Part shown: piece after piece, positions 63,049 through 64,000 of the stretch
Numbering within the stretch: the first letter of the stretch is position 1
How the letters are laid out: each line of letters starts with the position of its first letter
Source of the DNA: Macrostomum lignano
Taxonomy: Eukaryota
Direction: 5' to 3'
Assembly: GCA_002269645.1 (NCBI GenBank)
Contig: NIVC01001975.1
Coordinates: forward strand, 1-64,000
Length of the DNA stretch: 64,000 nucleotides
Notes under the pieces: model-generated
The model's input: the letters and a program-made list of their open reading frames with translations, nothing else
Databases searched by the model: none
What the model was told of the DNA's origin: nothing
Program-made: the position numbers and the translations under genes

Positions 63049-64000
63049 ATGTCAGTCGTACTGTACATCGGCTCAGGAGCTGTCGTTGCCATTGCAACAC
63101 TGATACTGGCGCTCCGCCGTCACAGCGCTGGCAAGTACCTCAGCGTGTACAGCCAGCCTGGCCCGTTCTACCCCATCAAGTTCGCCGCTTTCTACGTCCT
63201 ACTGCGGCTGCGGAAGCTTCGCGGCGACAGCGGCGGCGACGGTGGCGACGCTGGTGGTGGACACGGAGGCGGCAGCGGCTACGGCAGAAAAAGCCACGCT
63301 AGCGAGGCAGACATGGAGCGAGTCCAGCCACTGAGCGCGCATCCGCAGGCCATCGACGCCGCCTATTTCAACGGCTACAGCCGCGACGGCTGGTACTTCG
63401 GCGCCGGCATCCAGCGGCGGCATCATCTCAAGGCCGAATGCATCATGGTGATCCGGCCACCCGAGACTATTCTGGACGGCGACGTACTGGAGTGGCCTTG
63501 GGGTCCCGCCACCGACGTTGACGCGGTGGACGACAGCAGCTGGAACGCTGGCGGGCTCACCTACCAGACTGTTACACCAATGAAAGAGTGGCGCGTCACG
63601 TTCAACGGAGAGCTGCGCCAGCGCCGCGGTCGCCAGGTGCGGCAGGTCAGCTTCGACCTCACCTGGCGGGCGGAGACGCCCTGCTTCGACTTCGACACCG
63701 ATATGGACGCCGGCCCGACCTGCGAGGCCATCGCGCGGGAGCCATGGAGCGGCGACTTCTTCCAGCGGCTGCGGGAGGCGCACCAGACGCACTATGAGCA
63801 GTTCGGCCGGCTCACCGGCGAGATCAAAGTGCAAGACGTCGGTCAGTGGCAGCTGAACTTGGACAGCATGCGCGACAGAAGCTACGGGCTGTACAGAAAA
63901 TGGAACGACTTTCATCGATACATCTTGCAATACTTCGTACTGGAAGACTCGACTTGCATCGCCTTCCACCTTGTCTGCCTGCCAGTGCTGATGACCCACC
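63049..64000 (+). CDS. N-terminally membrane-anchored protein running off the window; resembles the N-terminal domain of invertebrate PEP-synthase-like proteins
   Basis: Open frame of at least 317 codons from ATG 63049, absent from the ORF track because no stop is reached. Hydrophobic N-terminus, then AIDAAYFNG, PMKEWRVTFNG, FDFDTD, AREPWS..FF, HQTHYEQFG, MRDRSYG..W. The family link is from memory. Confidence 0.8.
   Translation, partial: MSVVLYIGSGAVVAIATLILALRRHSAGKYLSVYSQPGPFYPIKFAAFYVLLRLRKLRGDSGGDGGDAGGGHGGGSGYGRKSHASEADMERVQPLSAHPQAIDAAYFNGYSRDGWYFGAGIQRRHHLKAECIMVIRPPETILDGDVLEWPWGPATDVDAVDDSSWNAGGLTYQTVTPMKEWRVTFNGELRQRRGRQVRQVSFDLTWRAETPCFDFDTDMDAGPTCEAIAREPWSGDFFQRLREAHQTHYEQFGRLTGEIKVQDVGQWQLNLDSMRDRSYGLYRKWNDFHRYILQYFVLEDSTCIAFHLVCLPVLMTH

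Noticed and set aside
58673-63999. Antisense ORFs 58673-59203 and 63199-63999
   Set aside because: They are shadows of GC3-rich plus-strand coding frames.

Overview
This is animal genomic DNA, not prokaryotic. It has spliced GT-AG genes, GC3-rich exons, AT-rich spacers and minisatellite-filled introns. The style suggests an invertebrate, possibly a free-living flatworm such as Macrostomum; that is inference and cannot be confirmed here. Bases 1-31 kb are mostly transposons: a degenerate Ty3/gypsy element with an extra 3' ORF and a PHD-finger-carrying MULE-like element nested near or in its 3' LTR, a tRNA-derived SINE, three Tc1/IS630-like relics, an intact-ORF Mag-like gypsy lacking its 3' LTR, a mariner relic, a Crypton-like tyrosine-recombinase relic and a collapsed BEL/Pao. 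One intronless cystatin gene sits among them. Bases 32-64 kb hold host genes, reconstructed by hand with phase-consistent exons: a candidate neuropeptide-precursor-like gene missed by the ORF track, a 4-exon DEG/ENaC channel, a 7-exon M14A carboxypeptidase, a 2-exon caveolin, an intronless Gly/His/Gln-rich orphan ORF, and an N-anchored ORF running off the window end. These are interspersed with an RNase-H LINE, copia and RTE relics, MITEs and more than 15 unrelated tandem arrays. The most interesting leads are the peptide-precursor-like gene directly downstream of a divergent DEG/ENaC, the Crypton-like element with its CCATAGA-terminated relatives, the PHD-MULE, and the splice-signal content of the intronic arrays. 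All alignments and family assignments were made by eye and from memory of protein families; no database search was run.
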